The notes under the pieces are model-generated. The model had not been told where the DNA came from and ran no database searches. It saw only the letters and a program-made list of their open reading frames with translations. Shown one piece after another: positions 1-9,139 of a DNA stretch of 64,000 bases; positions within the stretch are counted from its first letter, which is position 1; each line of letters starts with the position of its first letter. This DNA is from a bacterium (lineage in GTDB: Bacteria > UBA8248), in the NCBI GenBank assembly GCA_965213625.1, contig CBDBZU010000004.1, forward strand, positions 1,120,001 to 1,184,000. Reading direction: 5' to 3'. A program made the translations under genes and the position numbers.

Positions 1-93
1 GGAATCCATTTTGACTTTGCCTTTTCGTCTCTTTCACGTCCTCACCCCGCACGGCGTTTTGTTCGTAATGCTGGTGTCTGTAGCGGATAGGCC

Positions 94-268
94 TCAGAGC
101 CTGTCCGAGGCCTCCGCGCCTGTCTGAAGTCGCTCGTCCTCTTCAATGGCGATTTCCACCGCGCGCTTGGCACATTCGGGAAGGTGTTTGGATTTTTTGC
201 GCAGGTCGAAGGATTCGGTGACCTTTTCCTGATTCTGTTTGGATTTCTTCGGGGAAGATGGGGAGGTT
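94..268 (-). pseudogene. Probable C-terminal remnant of a restriction-modification specificity (HsdS-like) subunit, frameshifted near 232
   Basis: Minus strand reads NLPIFPEEIQTE, then in another frame QEKVTESFDLRKKSKHLPECAKRAVEIAIEEDE. This resembles the helical C-terminus of S subunits (recalled, not searched). The 5' part is absent. Confidence 0.5.
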
Positions 269-300
269 ATGTGCCTTCATGGTGTTTGTTCGATTTTCCC

Positions 301-635
301 GTAGGGGCGTCGGTATCCCCGAGGAGGGGAATACCGAGAGTGTCCGCCCTTTCGCATTCCATTGATACGGGATTTTCCGTGGTGGGCGCATACTTGCGCC
401 CGCAGATGGGGATTTTTTTCTTGCCCCCCTGACAAGGGGGGTAGGGGGTCAAACGCGAGCGAAGAGCGAGTGTTTGCAGCTTTTCCAGTCGAGAGATGCG
501 CCCGGCTCTACCCCCTGAAAACGAGCTTTTTTCAACAACCCCGTGAAGAGGAATACCGAACGAGCCGCCCGGCCGCAAGGTGACGATCTTGTAGGGGTGT
601 TGAATTGCGTAGGGGCGGACCCCCGTGTCCACCCT
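301..635. repeat. Cluster of REP-like palindromes: GTAG-type at 301-350 and 609-635, CCCCCTGACAAGGGGGG hairpin at ~424-450, orphan IS1182-like end at 527-542
   Basis: gtaggggc...gtgtccgccct and gtaggggcggacccccgtgtccaccct; ttttttcaacaacccc matches the IS right end. Confidence 0.7.
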
Positions 636-679
636 TTCGTGTTCCATCGATTCGGGATTTACCCGGAAGGCCCGCAAAT

Positions 680-978
680 GGGGCTGTTGAAAAAACCCCG
701 ACAAGCGATTTTGGGTTGCACGAACGTTTTAGAAGTTCACTCCCCCCTTGAAGGTCGGTCTCCCTCGGGGAAGACCGACGATGAAGCCGAGCGGTATTTG
801 CGAAGACTGAATCGGTGGGGGGTAAAATGTGTTTTATTGCCATTCCGAATCATACCCCCCACCAGTTCACTTTCGGGCTTACGCCCTCAGCTCAATGACT
901 CCCCCTCAAGGGGGGAGTGAATTGCTCTCTCGTTGGAAGAGTCAATCTTCGTTCATCAAGGACTTTTTCAACAGCCCC
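680..978. mobile_element. MITE with IS1182-type terminal inverted repeats
   Basis: Perfect 15-bp IR GGGGCTGTTGAAAAA (680-694) / TTTTTCAACAGCCCC (964-978), nearly identical to the ends of the IS at 7377-8896; non-coding; no clear TSD. Confidence 0.75.
738..919. repeat. ~170-bp multi-hairpin repeat, copy A
   Basis: cactccccccttga...gactccccctcaaggggggagtg; highly similar to 13866-14028 and inverted relative to 7224-7376/8897-8911. Confidence 0.9.
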
Positions 979-1169
979 GACAAGGGGGGTTGGGGGGTTG
1001 GTTTTCCTGAGGAGGTGAAGACCGAACGAGCCGCCCTGTCGTTTCGCCTGCACGTCTCAGGTTTGACGGAATCTTCCCTCGCTTCATACTATCGCGGATG
1101 TTCGTCGCCCGTCCTTGAGCCGCCCGTTTACAGTTTGAACCCGATAGAAGGAGCGAGCCGTTGGCTATC

Positions 1170-1751
1170 ATGAATTACCTTAATGAATTTTCTCCATTGA
1201 TTTCGGTAATCGCGACATTAGGACTGATCGGAGTTACCGGAGGGTTATGGTATGCGACCGCGAAGATGGCCCGTTCATCAAACGACCTTGTGAAGGAGAG
1301 TAAAATTCTTCGGGAAGGTAACAAGAAACCCCTTGTTGAGGCGAAGCTCAGGGCATATCCGGATCAGGGAGAATTTATCGAACTCGTACTCAGTAATTTA
1401 GGTCCGGGAGTTGCGTTAAATGTGAAGTTCCGGTTAGAAGGCGACGAGGAAGATTTCAAACGTCACGAAATGCTCGATGTTAAGGGAAATGCAAGTCCCA
1501 TCAATTTCATGTCATCGGGCGAGTTCGAAACTTACCCATTAGGCGCGTGTAGAACCCTCGCTCAAGAGCCTCCCATGAAACCCTTTTTAGTTGTTATTGA
1601 ATATGAGGACATAGAACGCAAATCTTATATAAAGGACGTCACATTGGACGTGTCGCAATTCGATGGGGTCGAGTGGCACGTTAGTTCCGTGGCTTGGCGG
1701 CAAATGAGCGCGCTAGAACAAATTGAAAAACATTTTGCGAGAATGGAGTAA
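1170..1751 (+). CDS. Hypothetical protein with N-terminal transmembrane helix
   Basis: ORF of about 193 aa; hydrophobic LISVIATLGLIGVTGGLWYA segment; AT-richer than core genes. Confidence 0.7.
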   Translation: MNYLNEFSPLISVIATLGLIGVTGGLWYATAKMARSSNDLVKESKILREGNKKPLVEAKLRAYPDQGEFIELVLSNLGPGVALNVKFRLEGDEEDFKRHEMLDVKGNASPINFMSSGEFETYPLGACRTLAQEPPMKPFLVVIEYEDIERKSYIKDVTLDVSQFDGVEWHVSSVAWRQMSALEQIEKHFARME

Positions 1752-1834
1752 GTAATAATCGAGTATTCGGGGAAAATTTGTGATTCGAAAAACCGACAAC
1801 ATCTCGGCCTTACAACTGCTCCTCACGCTCAGTC

Positions 1835-4702
1835 TTAATAAGGCTTCGTGCTCTTCCCGCCATGAACGCTCGGTTCGGCGCACCACTGGCGACGTATAAC
1901 ATCGAACTCATCCGCGATATCCTTTGGAACACCGAGTAACTCCACGAGCAGGGCCTCGTCGAGAGCCTGCCGGGCGGGGTCGTGGTAGCTCTCGTTGGCG
2001 GGCAAAAATTCCACACAGCGGAATCGTTCGAACAACATTTCAGCTTTATGGAGAGTCGGTTCGTCGAATTCTCGCGGGTCAATTATCAGAAATGACGGCA
2101 GTGTGGTGATCGTCATTATCGTTCGCCCAAGCTGTTGTCTGGTTCCTTCCCACCAATAACTCATCAGACCAAGCGTCGAGTTCAGCCACAGCATTACGGG
2201 GATTTCGTGCGCAGCATCCTCCAGGACGAAGTTCGGCCATGCCCTGCCGCCCAAGGTTTTTTCCGGAGTCAGACAGGCCGCCAGACTTTGCGAATTCAAC
2301 TGGAAATCAAGTGTAAGATGAAGACGAGACGCAAAGCGATTCCAAGCATCTGCTGCTTGGGATTGTCGATCTTCCCGTACAACCAACTCACAATCCTCAT
2401 GCACGACGAAAGAGCGCTCACGCTCTGCGGCATGGCTCCAAAGCGCGGGGTAGGTTGGAACTTGCCCGGGACGTAAAGGAACTTTATCAAATGCCCCGCG
2501 TGGAGGCGCGCCTGTAAGGTCTCGATGCAGTAGTCCTCGGCTTCCTAACTCATCAAATGCAATGATAGGTAAACTCACTTGCGTTTTTGTCCGTGGGGCC
2601 ACAATAGATCCACTCACTAGCAACAACATGAACTCGGCAAGTGCAGGTTCCACAATACCCACGCAGCCATGGCTGAATCGCTCGTGGTTGACGTAACTAC
2701 CGTTGCTATCCTCATTTCCAATTGCTATGCGTCCGGCGCTTGGTCGGCGTTCTGTCTCGGCTACGAATTTTGCCAACTCGACTGCCTCGACGTGATGCGC
2801 CGGACGACGCCTGAGATTCACGAACTGAAATGTAGGGTTACGGTTCTTATTTTTCTTCTTAGTAGCGATAACCAACACTTCCGCCATCCCGGTATCAGCG
2901 GAAAATGCCCGGTTGGTCGCTCCATCGTTGGTGATGGCGGCGATAGTTATATCTTCGTAACGAGCGGCCAGCAGGTTACGCGCATTGCTCCAGGATTTTC
3001 CCTGAGCGAAAGTCGCAGGCAAGACCAAAGCGATAATGCCTCCCGGCTATAGCTTGACGTGCGCCAGATCGATGAAATTCGACGCCAGTCCGGCGTTGCC
3101 GTGCCCGAATGGTTCCGAAAGGCTTCTACGAATTTGCACCAGCCGGGAACTCATGGCTTGCTGCTCATCTTCGGAAGTGCTGAAACCAGCAAAGGAGGGA
3201 ACCGGAACTTCCGCCGTTTCGTGGTTGGTCGGACGCGTGAAAGGTGGATTCATAATCACAATATCGAACAACTCATGCGAAACGCCTAGAGTCTCATCCG
3301 TTTTCCTATTCTTGCTACCTGTGATCCTCTTTTCGCCCAAACTAAGGAGAGGAGTTATAGAAACCTGATCGATGAGTTCCAGTGAACCAATATGAGGATG
3401 TTTATTCTCATCGTAGCCATAGGGCATCGTAACGATTCTGGTGGTCCCAAAGACGATTCCGGGGTGCGCGTTCGACAAGGTGGACGCCGCCAGATGCGTG
3501 GCGGCGGGCATGATGTCGAAAGCGTAAAGAGATTCTTCAATCATGGCGGAATGAATCTCGGCATCGTCGCTTCCCGTTCGGCGGTGGCGGGTCAAAATGG
3601 CGTGATATAGTGCGCCTATGAGGGTTCCGGTTCCACAGGCAAGATCGGCAACCCTCAAATCTTTCACAACATCTGCATTTTCCCAGTCGATTTGCAGTCG
3701 GGAGACGGCAAGCTCGGCGAGCAAGGTGGCGGAAACCGGTAGCGTGTAGAAGGTGGCGAGGAATTTCCTGTCGGCAATAAGCTTCTGGAACATGCGCCCC
3801 GAAAGATCGTTCAGACTCGTAGCGCCCATATTCGCTAGCTTGGACGCCGTCCTGTAAAGAAGGTTCAATACCTCATTCGCTTGAGCAGTGGGCATGTTAC
3901 TTAGTAAATCCGACGCAATCTTGAAGATCGGCCAGTAGTTGACATTTTCGATGATCCACTTCCAGCAGCGAACCACTTCCGTATTGACGAATCCCGTCGA
4001 ACCTTCTAGTTCGCCAACAAGAGTGATCCCTTGTTGACCCTCGATGCGGGTATGAAAAACGGCGGCGTTGGCGATGATGGCGACCGCCATGCGGTTGGTC
4101 TGCTCACCCGAAGATTGGTGCAAAAGTTCGGCGATTTTTTCCTGTACGCTTTCATCCGTTTCCTTCAAAATGTTAGCAGCCTGGGTAACTCCTTCTTCCA
4201 GAATGGCAGTGGTTCTTGAAATGAGAGATTCGGACAGGCTCACCGACTCTAGGCAATTCGCCAAGTTGTCAATGTTGCCCTTGAGCCAGCCTGTCTCAGG
4301 CCACCTTTGCATGTCCCCGTCTTTTGTTTCGGAAAGAATGCAATATGTGAAGGATACTTGCCTGATAGCATCTTCGATTCTGCTCTGTTCAATAGTCCGC
4401 AGTTCGTTTGGAATGCGAAGCGCGATGACGTTCTCTATCATTCTGCCATCGCTTGCCAATCTCTTGCCTATGCGGGATATGGCATCATCCTCGACCGAGG
4501 CGGCAGGCATGAACTCCGATTCAAGTGCCACCGGAGAGGTTCCCTGAAGCGAGAGAATGAAATCGGGCTGCTTGCCCGCCGAGCCTTGCAGGACGTGGGT
4601 TTGCTCGACGCCGATGGCGTCCACCCAAAGCGGATGCTTCCCGCGCAGCACGTCTCCCAAAACGGAATTGAAAACCTGCTCCGTCGTAGACGCCCTTTCC
4701 AT
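1835..4702 (-). pseudogene. Type IIG-like fused restriction endonuclease/N6-adenine methyltransferase (~955 codons) with one in-frame TAG at 3047-3049
   Basis: PD...ExE nuclease-like motif (QPDFIL...ALESEF), SAM motif DLACGTG, catalytic NPPF. ORFs 3047-4702 and 1835-3028 are in the same frame: HVKL*PGGIIALVLP. Confidence 0.85.
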
Positions 4703-4879
4703 TCAAGCGAACTCCTTCAATTGCCTAATAACACAAAACCTCTCCAAATTCCCTAACTATGTCTTGTAGTGGAAATGCTATACGAGAAAATACCCCCTCG
4801 TTCACCCCCCGGCAAGATAATTCACGACCAATCCGCCATGCCGACTGAGCAGCGCGCCCGTCCACTGTTCTTTTGCGCC

Positions 4880-4929
4880 GTCATTCCGGTGTCGATATCG
4901 ACCGAGTAGGGAAGGATAGACCGAATCCA
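4880..4929 (+). repeat. GTCATTCCGG...GAATCC REP-like hairpin
   Basis: Inverted, diverged copy at 14065-14114; the window also begins with ggaatcc, possibly the end of another copy. Confidence 0.75.
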
Positions 4930-5006
4930 TAGTCTTTTCTTTATGTCCGAATTATGATTTCGCGTAGAAGTGTCGTTCTTCCCATCCTCGGGGAAGAACT
5001 CCCCCC

Positions 5007-5903
5007 CTACCTTCTCAGCTTCGGGTCGAGCGCATCGCGCAGCCCGTCGCCCAGCAGGTTGAAGGAGAGCACCACCGCCATGAGGGCGAAGCCGGGTATG
5101 GCGAGCAGGTGCGGCGCCAGGGCCATGTAGGAGCGGGCGTCGGCGAGCATGGTCCCCCATTCGGGCGTGGGCGGGGGCACGCCGATGCCCAGGAAGCTCA
5201 GGCCCGCCGCCACGCGGATGGAAGTCGCGATGAGGAAGGTGGACTGCACGACGACGGGGCCGAGCGTCCCCGGAAAGATGTGCAGGAACAACACGCGGCG
5301 GCTCGAGCCGCCAATCGCCTGGGCCGCTTCCACGAATTCGGTTTCCTTTAAGACGAGGACCGAACTGCGGACCAGCCGGGCGTAGGTCGGGATGGCGAAA
5401 ATGCCCACCGCCAGCATGATGTTCTCCATCCCCGTGCCGATGATGGCGATGAGCAGAATGGAGAGCAGGATGCGCGGGAAGGTGAGCGAGACGTCCACGA
5501 TCCGCATGATGAGGTTGTCGAGCCATCCCCCCATGTATCCGCCGACAAGCCCCAGCAGCACGCCACCGAACGCCGCGATGAGCACGGAGAAAACCCCGAT
5601 CAGGAGCGAGGTGCGCGCGCCGTAAATGATGCGGCTGAACACGTCACGCCCGAAATGGTCCGTCCCGAAGGGATGCTCGAGGGAGGGTTTTTTCAACGCC
5701 GCCTGGAAGTCCGCTTTGATGGGGTCGTAAGGGGCAACGACGGGCGCCAGCAGTGAGACAGCGACGAACAGAAAGACAAAAACGCAGCCCGCCACGGCGA
5801 CGCGGTGCCGGAGGAGACGGCGCAGAGTATCCTCCCACATGCCGCGAATCGGCGCGCTTTCCAGTTCCTGCATACCGGTTGCGACTTCGGTGGCCTGGCT
5901 CAT
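5007..5903 (-). CDS. Peptide/nickel ABC transporter permease (DppC/OppC family)
   Basis: HPFGTDHFGRDVFSRIIYGAR, EAA loop, LGDGLRDALDP. Confidence 0.95.
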   Translation of the reverse strand: MSQATEVATGMQELESAPIRGMWEDTLRRLLRHRVAVAGCVFVFLFVAVSLLAPVVAPYDPIKADFQAALKKPSLEHPFGTDHFGRDVFSRIIYGARTSLLIGVFSVLIAAFGGVLLGLVGGYMGGWLDNLIMRIVDVSLTFPRILLSILLIAIIGTGMENIMLAVGIFAIPTYARLVRSSVLVLKETEFVEAAQAIGGSSRRVLFLHIFPGTLGPVVVQSTFLIATSIRVAAGLSFLGIGVPPPTPEWGTMLADARSYMALAPHLLAIPGFALMAVVLSFNLLGDGLRDALDPKLRR

Positions 5904-6832
5904 TCTCCCGACCCCCCGTAGCGGACGCGCGGGTTGAAGATCGCGTAGAGGAGGTCCACCGTCAGGTTCACCACGGCGAACGTGAGCGCGAAGAAGAGCA
6001 GCGAACCCTGCACCGCGGCGTAATCGCGCAGCTTGATAGCCTCGACGATGTAGCGGCCCAGGCCCGGCCATGCGAACACCGATTCGGTGATGACCGACCC
6101 GCCCAGCAGGTATCCCGACTGGAGGCCGATTACGGTGATGACGGGCAGCATGGCGTTTTTAAGCGCGTGGACGTAATGGACCTTGCCGCTCGCCAGGCCC
6201 TTCGAGCGCGCCGTGGTGATGTATTCGCTGCCGGTGATTTCGAGCATGGTGTTGCGCGTCATGCGCGCAATGAGGCCGGCCCCCGTCAGGCCGAGCGTGA
6301 CCACCGGCATGATCAGGTGCGCCCACGTACCCCTTCCTCCCGCCGGCAGCCACCCGAGGTATACGGAAAAAAACGCCATCAGAAGAAGGCCGAACCAGAA
6401 TGAAGGCATAGATATCCCCAGGAGCGCGCCCGCCATGCTGCCGTAGTCGAACTTGGAATAAGGGTTCGTCGCCGAGATCACCCCGGCCAGCAGGCCCACA
6501 ATGGTGGCGAGGAGCACCGCCCAGAAAGCGAGTTGAAGCGTGTTCAGGAAGCGGGACCAGACTTCGCCCAGCACGGGCCTGTCAGAGAGGATCGAGCGGC
6601 CCAGGTCACCTTGTAAGGCGCGCTTCATGAACATGCCGTACTGGACGTGGAGGGGCTGGTCCAGCCCGTATATCCGGCGTATTTCCGCTATGTATTCCTC
6701 ATCCGCGAATTCACCGGCCAGGGCTTCGGCCGGGTCTCCCGGAACGAGGCGGATGGAGAGGAAGATGACGAGCGAGACGCCGATGAGAACGGGGATGAGC
6801 AGGACCACTCTCCTCGCGATGTATTCGACCAT
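5900..6832 (-). CDS. Peptide/nickel ABC transporter permease (DppB/OppB family)
   Basis: PGDPA, GDLGRS, YITTARSKGL, ITESVFAWPGLG. Confidence 0.95.
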   Translation of the reverse strand: MVEYIARRVVLLIPVLIGVSLVIFLSIRLVPGDPAEALAGEFADEEYIAEIRRIYGLDQPLHVQYGMFMKRALQGDLGRSILSDRPVLGEVWSRFLNTLQLAFWAVLLATIVGLLAGVISATNPYSKFDYGSMAGALLGISMPSFWFGLLLMAFFSVYLGWLPAGGRGTWAHLIMPVVTLGLTGAGLIARMTRNTMLEITGSEYITTARSKGLASGKVHYVHALKNAMLPVITVIGLQSGYLLGGSVITESVFAWPGLGRYIVEAIKLRDYAAVQGSLLFFALTFAVVNLTVDLLYAIFNPRVRYGGSGE

Positions 6833-6942
6833 GAACGCGCCTTCCCGCCCGCAAGAGAACCAAATCACTTTGAAAGAGGGTTCGATGCTATCACAACCGG
6901 ACCGAATGCACGATCCGATCAGCCTTGTTCGGATCCTCCTCA

Positions 6943-7078
6943 CCTCATCCTGAGTAGCGGTGAAGCCGCGTATCGAAGGTCATTTCGACTCATGAAGGAG
7001 GTATTTGCATTCGCGCTCGCCGGGAGGATGGTCTCCCCCGTCCCTCGATACGGCCCTTCGGGCCCACTCGGGATGAGG
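6943..7078. repeat. Inverted doublet of CTCATCCTGAG...CGAAGG-type REP-like elements
   Basis: ctcatcctgagtagcggtgaagccgcgtatcgaagg and inverted ccctcgatacggcccttcgggcccactcgggatgagg. Confidence 0.7.
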
Positions 7079-7103
7079 GCGGTGTTGTCGGGGGTTCTAT
7101 CTC

Positions 7104-7194
7104 GTAGGGACAGGCCTCCGTGGTTGTCCTGCCCTCTGTGGTTGTCCTTTGCAGGATGGTTGCCATAAGGACAGGCACGGAGGCCTGTCCCTAC
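7104..7194. repeat. GTAG-family REP doublet (REPIN-like)
   Basis: gtagggacaggcctccgtg... / ...cacggaggcctgtccctac. Confidence 0.8.
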
Positions 7195-7376
7195 GAATTA
7201 CCCCTTGCAGAACGCCAACCAACCACTCCCCCCTTGAGGGGGAGTCGAAGAGCTAAGGGCGAAAGCCCGCAAGCGATTCGGTGGGGGGTATGATTCGGAG
7301 TGGCGATAAAACGCGATTCACCCCCCACCGAATCAGCCTTCGCAAAAAACGCTCGGCTTCTGCGACTCCCCCTCAA

Positions 7377-8896
7377 GGGCCTGTTGAAAAACCCCCGGTA
7401 TTATGATTGGGTGTAAGGACACTATCTCGCCCGAGATGGGAGTTCCCTCGATGATAGGCAGGAAGAGGCGCGAGCAGATGGATTTGTTCGTGGCCGGTTC
7501 GCTGGATCGGCTGATCCCCGAGGATCACGTTCTGTACCGCGTGCATGAGGTGCTGGATTTGAGTTGGCTTCGGGAGGAGGTGGCGGATTGCTATTGCGCG
7601 GACAACGGTCGTCCGGGTATCGACCCGGAGGTGGCGGTTCGCCTGATGCTGGCGGGTCTTCTGCTGGGCTACGTTCACGACCGTCGCCTGCTTCGTGAAG
7701 CGAAGGCGCATCTGGCGATCCGGTGGTTCATCGGATACGGGCTGCACGAGGAGTTGCCGGACCATTCGAGCCTGACGCGGATTCGTCAGCGTTGGGGGGA
7801 GGCTCGGTTCCGGGCGATATTCCGCCGGACGGTGCAGGCGTGCCTGGAGGCGAATGTGGCGAAGGGGGAGGTGGTTCACGTGGACGCCTCGTTGATACGC
7901 GCGGACGTGAGCTGGGATAGTCTGGCGGCGCATCATGCGGAGAAGGTGATTCGGGAGAACCCCGTGGAGGAGAAGAGCGGGAAGAAGGGCGGAGGCCGCG
8001 GCGGCGGGGGACCGGTGAGCCGGACAGACCCCGACGCGCGGCTCGCGCGCAAGAGCGCGCGGGCGAGGTTCGAGCCGAGCTACAAGCACCACGCGGCGGT
8101 GGACGATGAGCGGGGCGTGGTTCTCGACGTGACGGTGACGGAGGGGACGTTGAACGAGCGTGAGATGATGGCGTCCCATATAGAGGCGGTAAGCGAGTTG
8201 TCGGGCCGCGCGCCCTCGGTGGTGACGGCGGATTCGGGGTATGCGTACTCGAAGGTCTACGCGGCGTTGGAGCCTCTGGGCGTGGCGGGGGTGATACCGG
8301 CGAAGAAAGAACCCACGCAGAGCCGTGTTCCGTTGCGGCTGTTCCGCTACGACGCGCGCCACGACTTGGTGAAGTGTCCGCGCGGCAAGAAGCTTCGCCC
8401 CCGGCGGAGCGAGGAGCGGGGGCGCTACTATGGTTCGAGGACGCGTGATTGCGCGGGCTGCGCGCTCCGGGCGGATTGTCTGCCGCAGGCGCGGTCGAGC
8501 AAGGAGGTTTTGATTCCCAACGCGTATCTGGCGCTGTTGCGCGCGCGCCGGCGGCATGCGCGTTGGGGGGAGGAGGAGCGCCGGCTGTGGCGCCGGCACA
8601 TGGGGCGCTCGGAGGGTTATCACGGGGAAGCGAAGAGTTGGCACGGACTGGGGCGGGCGGTGCGTCGGGGCCTTGCGAACATGAAGATTCAGTCCTACCT
8701 GACGGCGACTGCGGTGAACCTCAAGCGGCTGGCCGCCGCTTTTGCGGCGCGTATATTCGCCCTCTGGAGGGCCTACGCCGCCCGGAGACGCCGTCTGCGC
8801 GTTCATCGCGCCCTCGCGCGCTGATTGGGATCCCTCCCCGCCGCCGCGTGAACCGCCAGAACACCCGCTTCAAAAAAGGGGTTTTTCAACAGACCC
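7377..8896 (+). mobile_element. IS1182-family insertion sequence
   Basis: 19-bp IR gggcctgttgaaaaacccc / ggggtttttcaacagaccc (1 mismatch); direct repeat ctcaa at 7372-7376 and 8897-8901. Confidence 0.92.
7451..8824 (+). CDS. IS1182-family DDE transposase
   Basis: GRPGIDP, PDHSSLTRIRQRWG, VDASLIRA, TDPDAR, ADSGY, CxxCxxRxxC, EGYHGEAK. Confidence 0.93.
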   Translation: MIGRKRREQMDLFVAGSLDRLIPEDHVLYRVHEVLDLSWLREEVADCYCADNGRPGIDPEVAVRLMLAGLLLGYVHDRRLLREAKAHLAIRWFIGYGLHEELPDHSSLTRIRQRWGEARFRAIFRRTVQACLEANVAKGEVVHVDASLIRADVSWDSLAAHHAEKVIRENPVEEKSGKKGGGRGGGGPVSRTDPDARLARKSARARFEPSYKHHAAVDDERGVVLDVTVTEGTLNEREMMASHIEAVSELSGRAPSVVTADSGYAYSKVYAALEPLGVAGVIPAKKEPTQSRVPLRLFRYDARHDLVKCPRGKKLRPRRSEERGRYYGSRTRDCAGCALRADCLPQARSSKEVLIPNAYLALLRARRRHARWGEEERRLWRRHMGRSEGYHGEAKSWHGLGRAVRRGLANMKIQSYLTATAVNLKRLAAAFAARIFALWRAYAARRRRLRVHRALAR

Positions 8897-9002
8897 CTCA
8901 AGGGGGGAGTGGTTGGTTAGTTCTCTACAAGGGGAAGAGTGAAATTCAGCACGCTCCTTCTGTGGCCCTCCCCCAACACCCCCGCAAAGAGGCCGCATCA
9001 TA

Positions 9003-9031
9003 TTGCATGTTCGCCGTGTAAAACCTAAAAT
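9003..9031 (+). promoter_or_regulatory. Sigma70-like promoter for the solute-binding protein gene
   Basis: TTGCAT-17 bp-TAAAAT. Confidence 0.55.
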
Positions 9032-9139
9032 GGAGGCCAAGCTTACAAACTGGTGAACCAAGAGTGTTGCTTCAGAGGTCGGCGCGCATTTAAGCGCCGG
9101 AACTTTTTCTCTGATATTCCTATTCAAGGAGGGATGTAC

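Larger units (their letters stand above)
7201..8934. repeat. ~170-bp multi-hairpin repeat, copy B (inverted), interrupted by IS1182
   Basis: Removing 7377-8901 restores actccccctcaaggggggagt, the same terminal hairpin as copies A and C; extended IR ccaaccaaccact.../...agtggttggtt. Confidence 0.9.

Noticed and set aside
301-1036. Possible CRISPR array from recurring hairpins
   Set aside because: Copies are diverged, irregularly spaced and in both orientations; no cas genes in the window
143-1173. Several short ORFs over the repeat cluster
   Set aside because: They are translations of palindromic repeats (HSPLEG, TPPQGGS), not proteins
7373-8806. 477-aa antisense ORF over the transposase
   Set aside because: Shadow ORF in GC-rich sequence with no recognisable motifs
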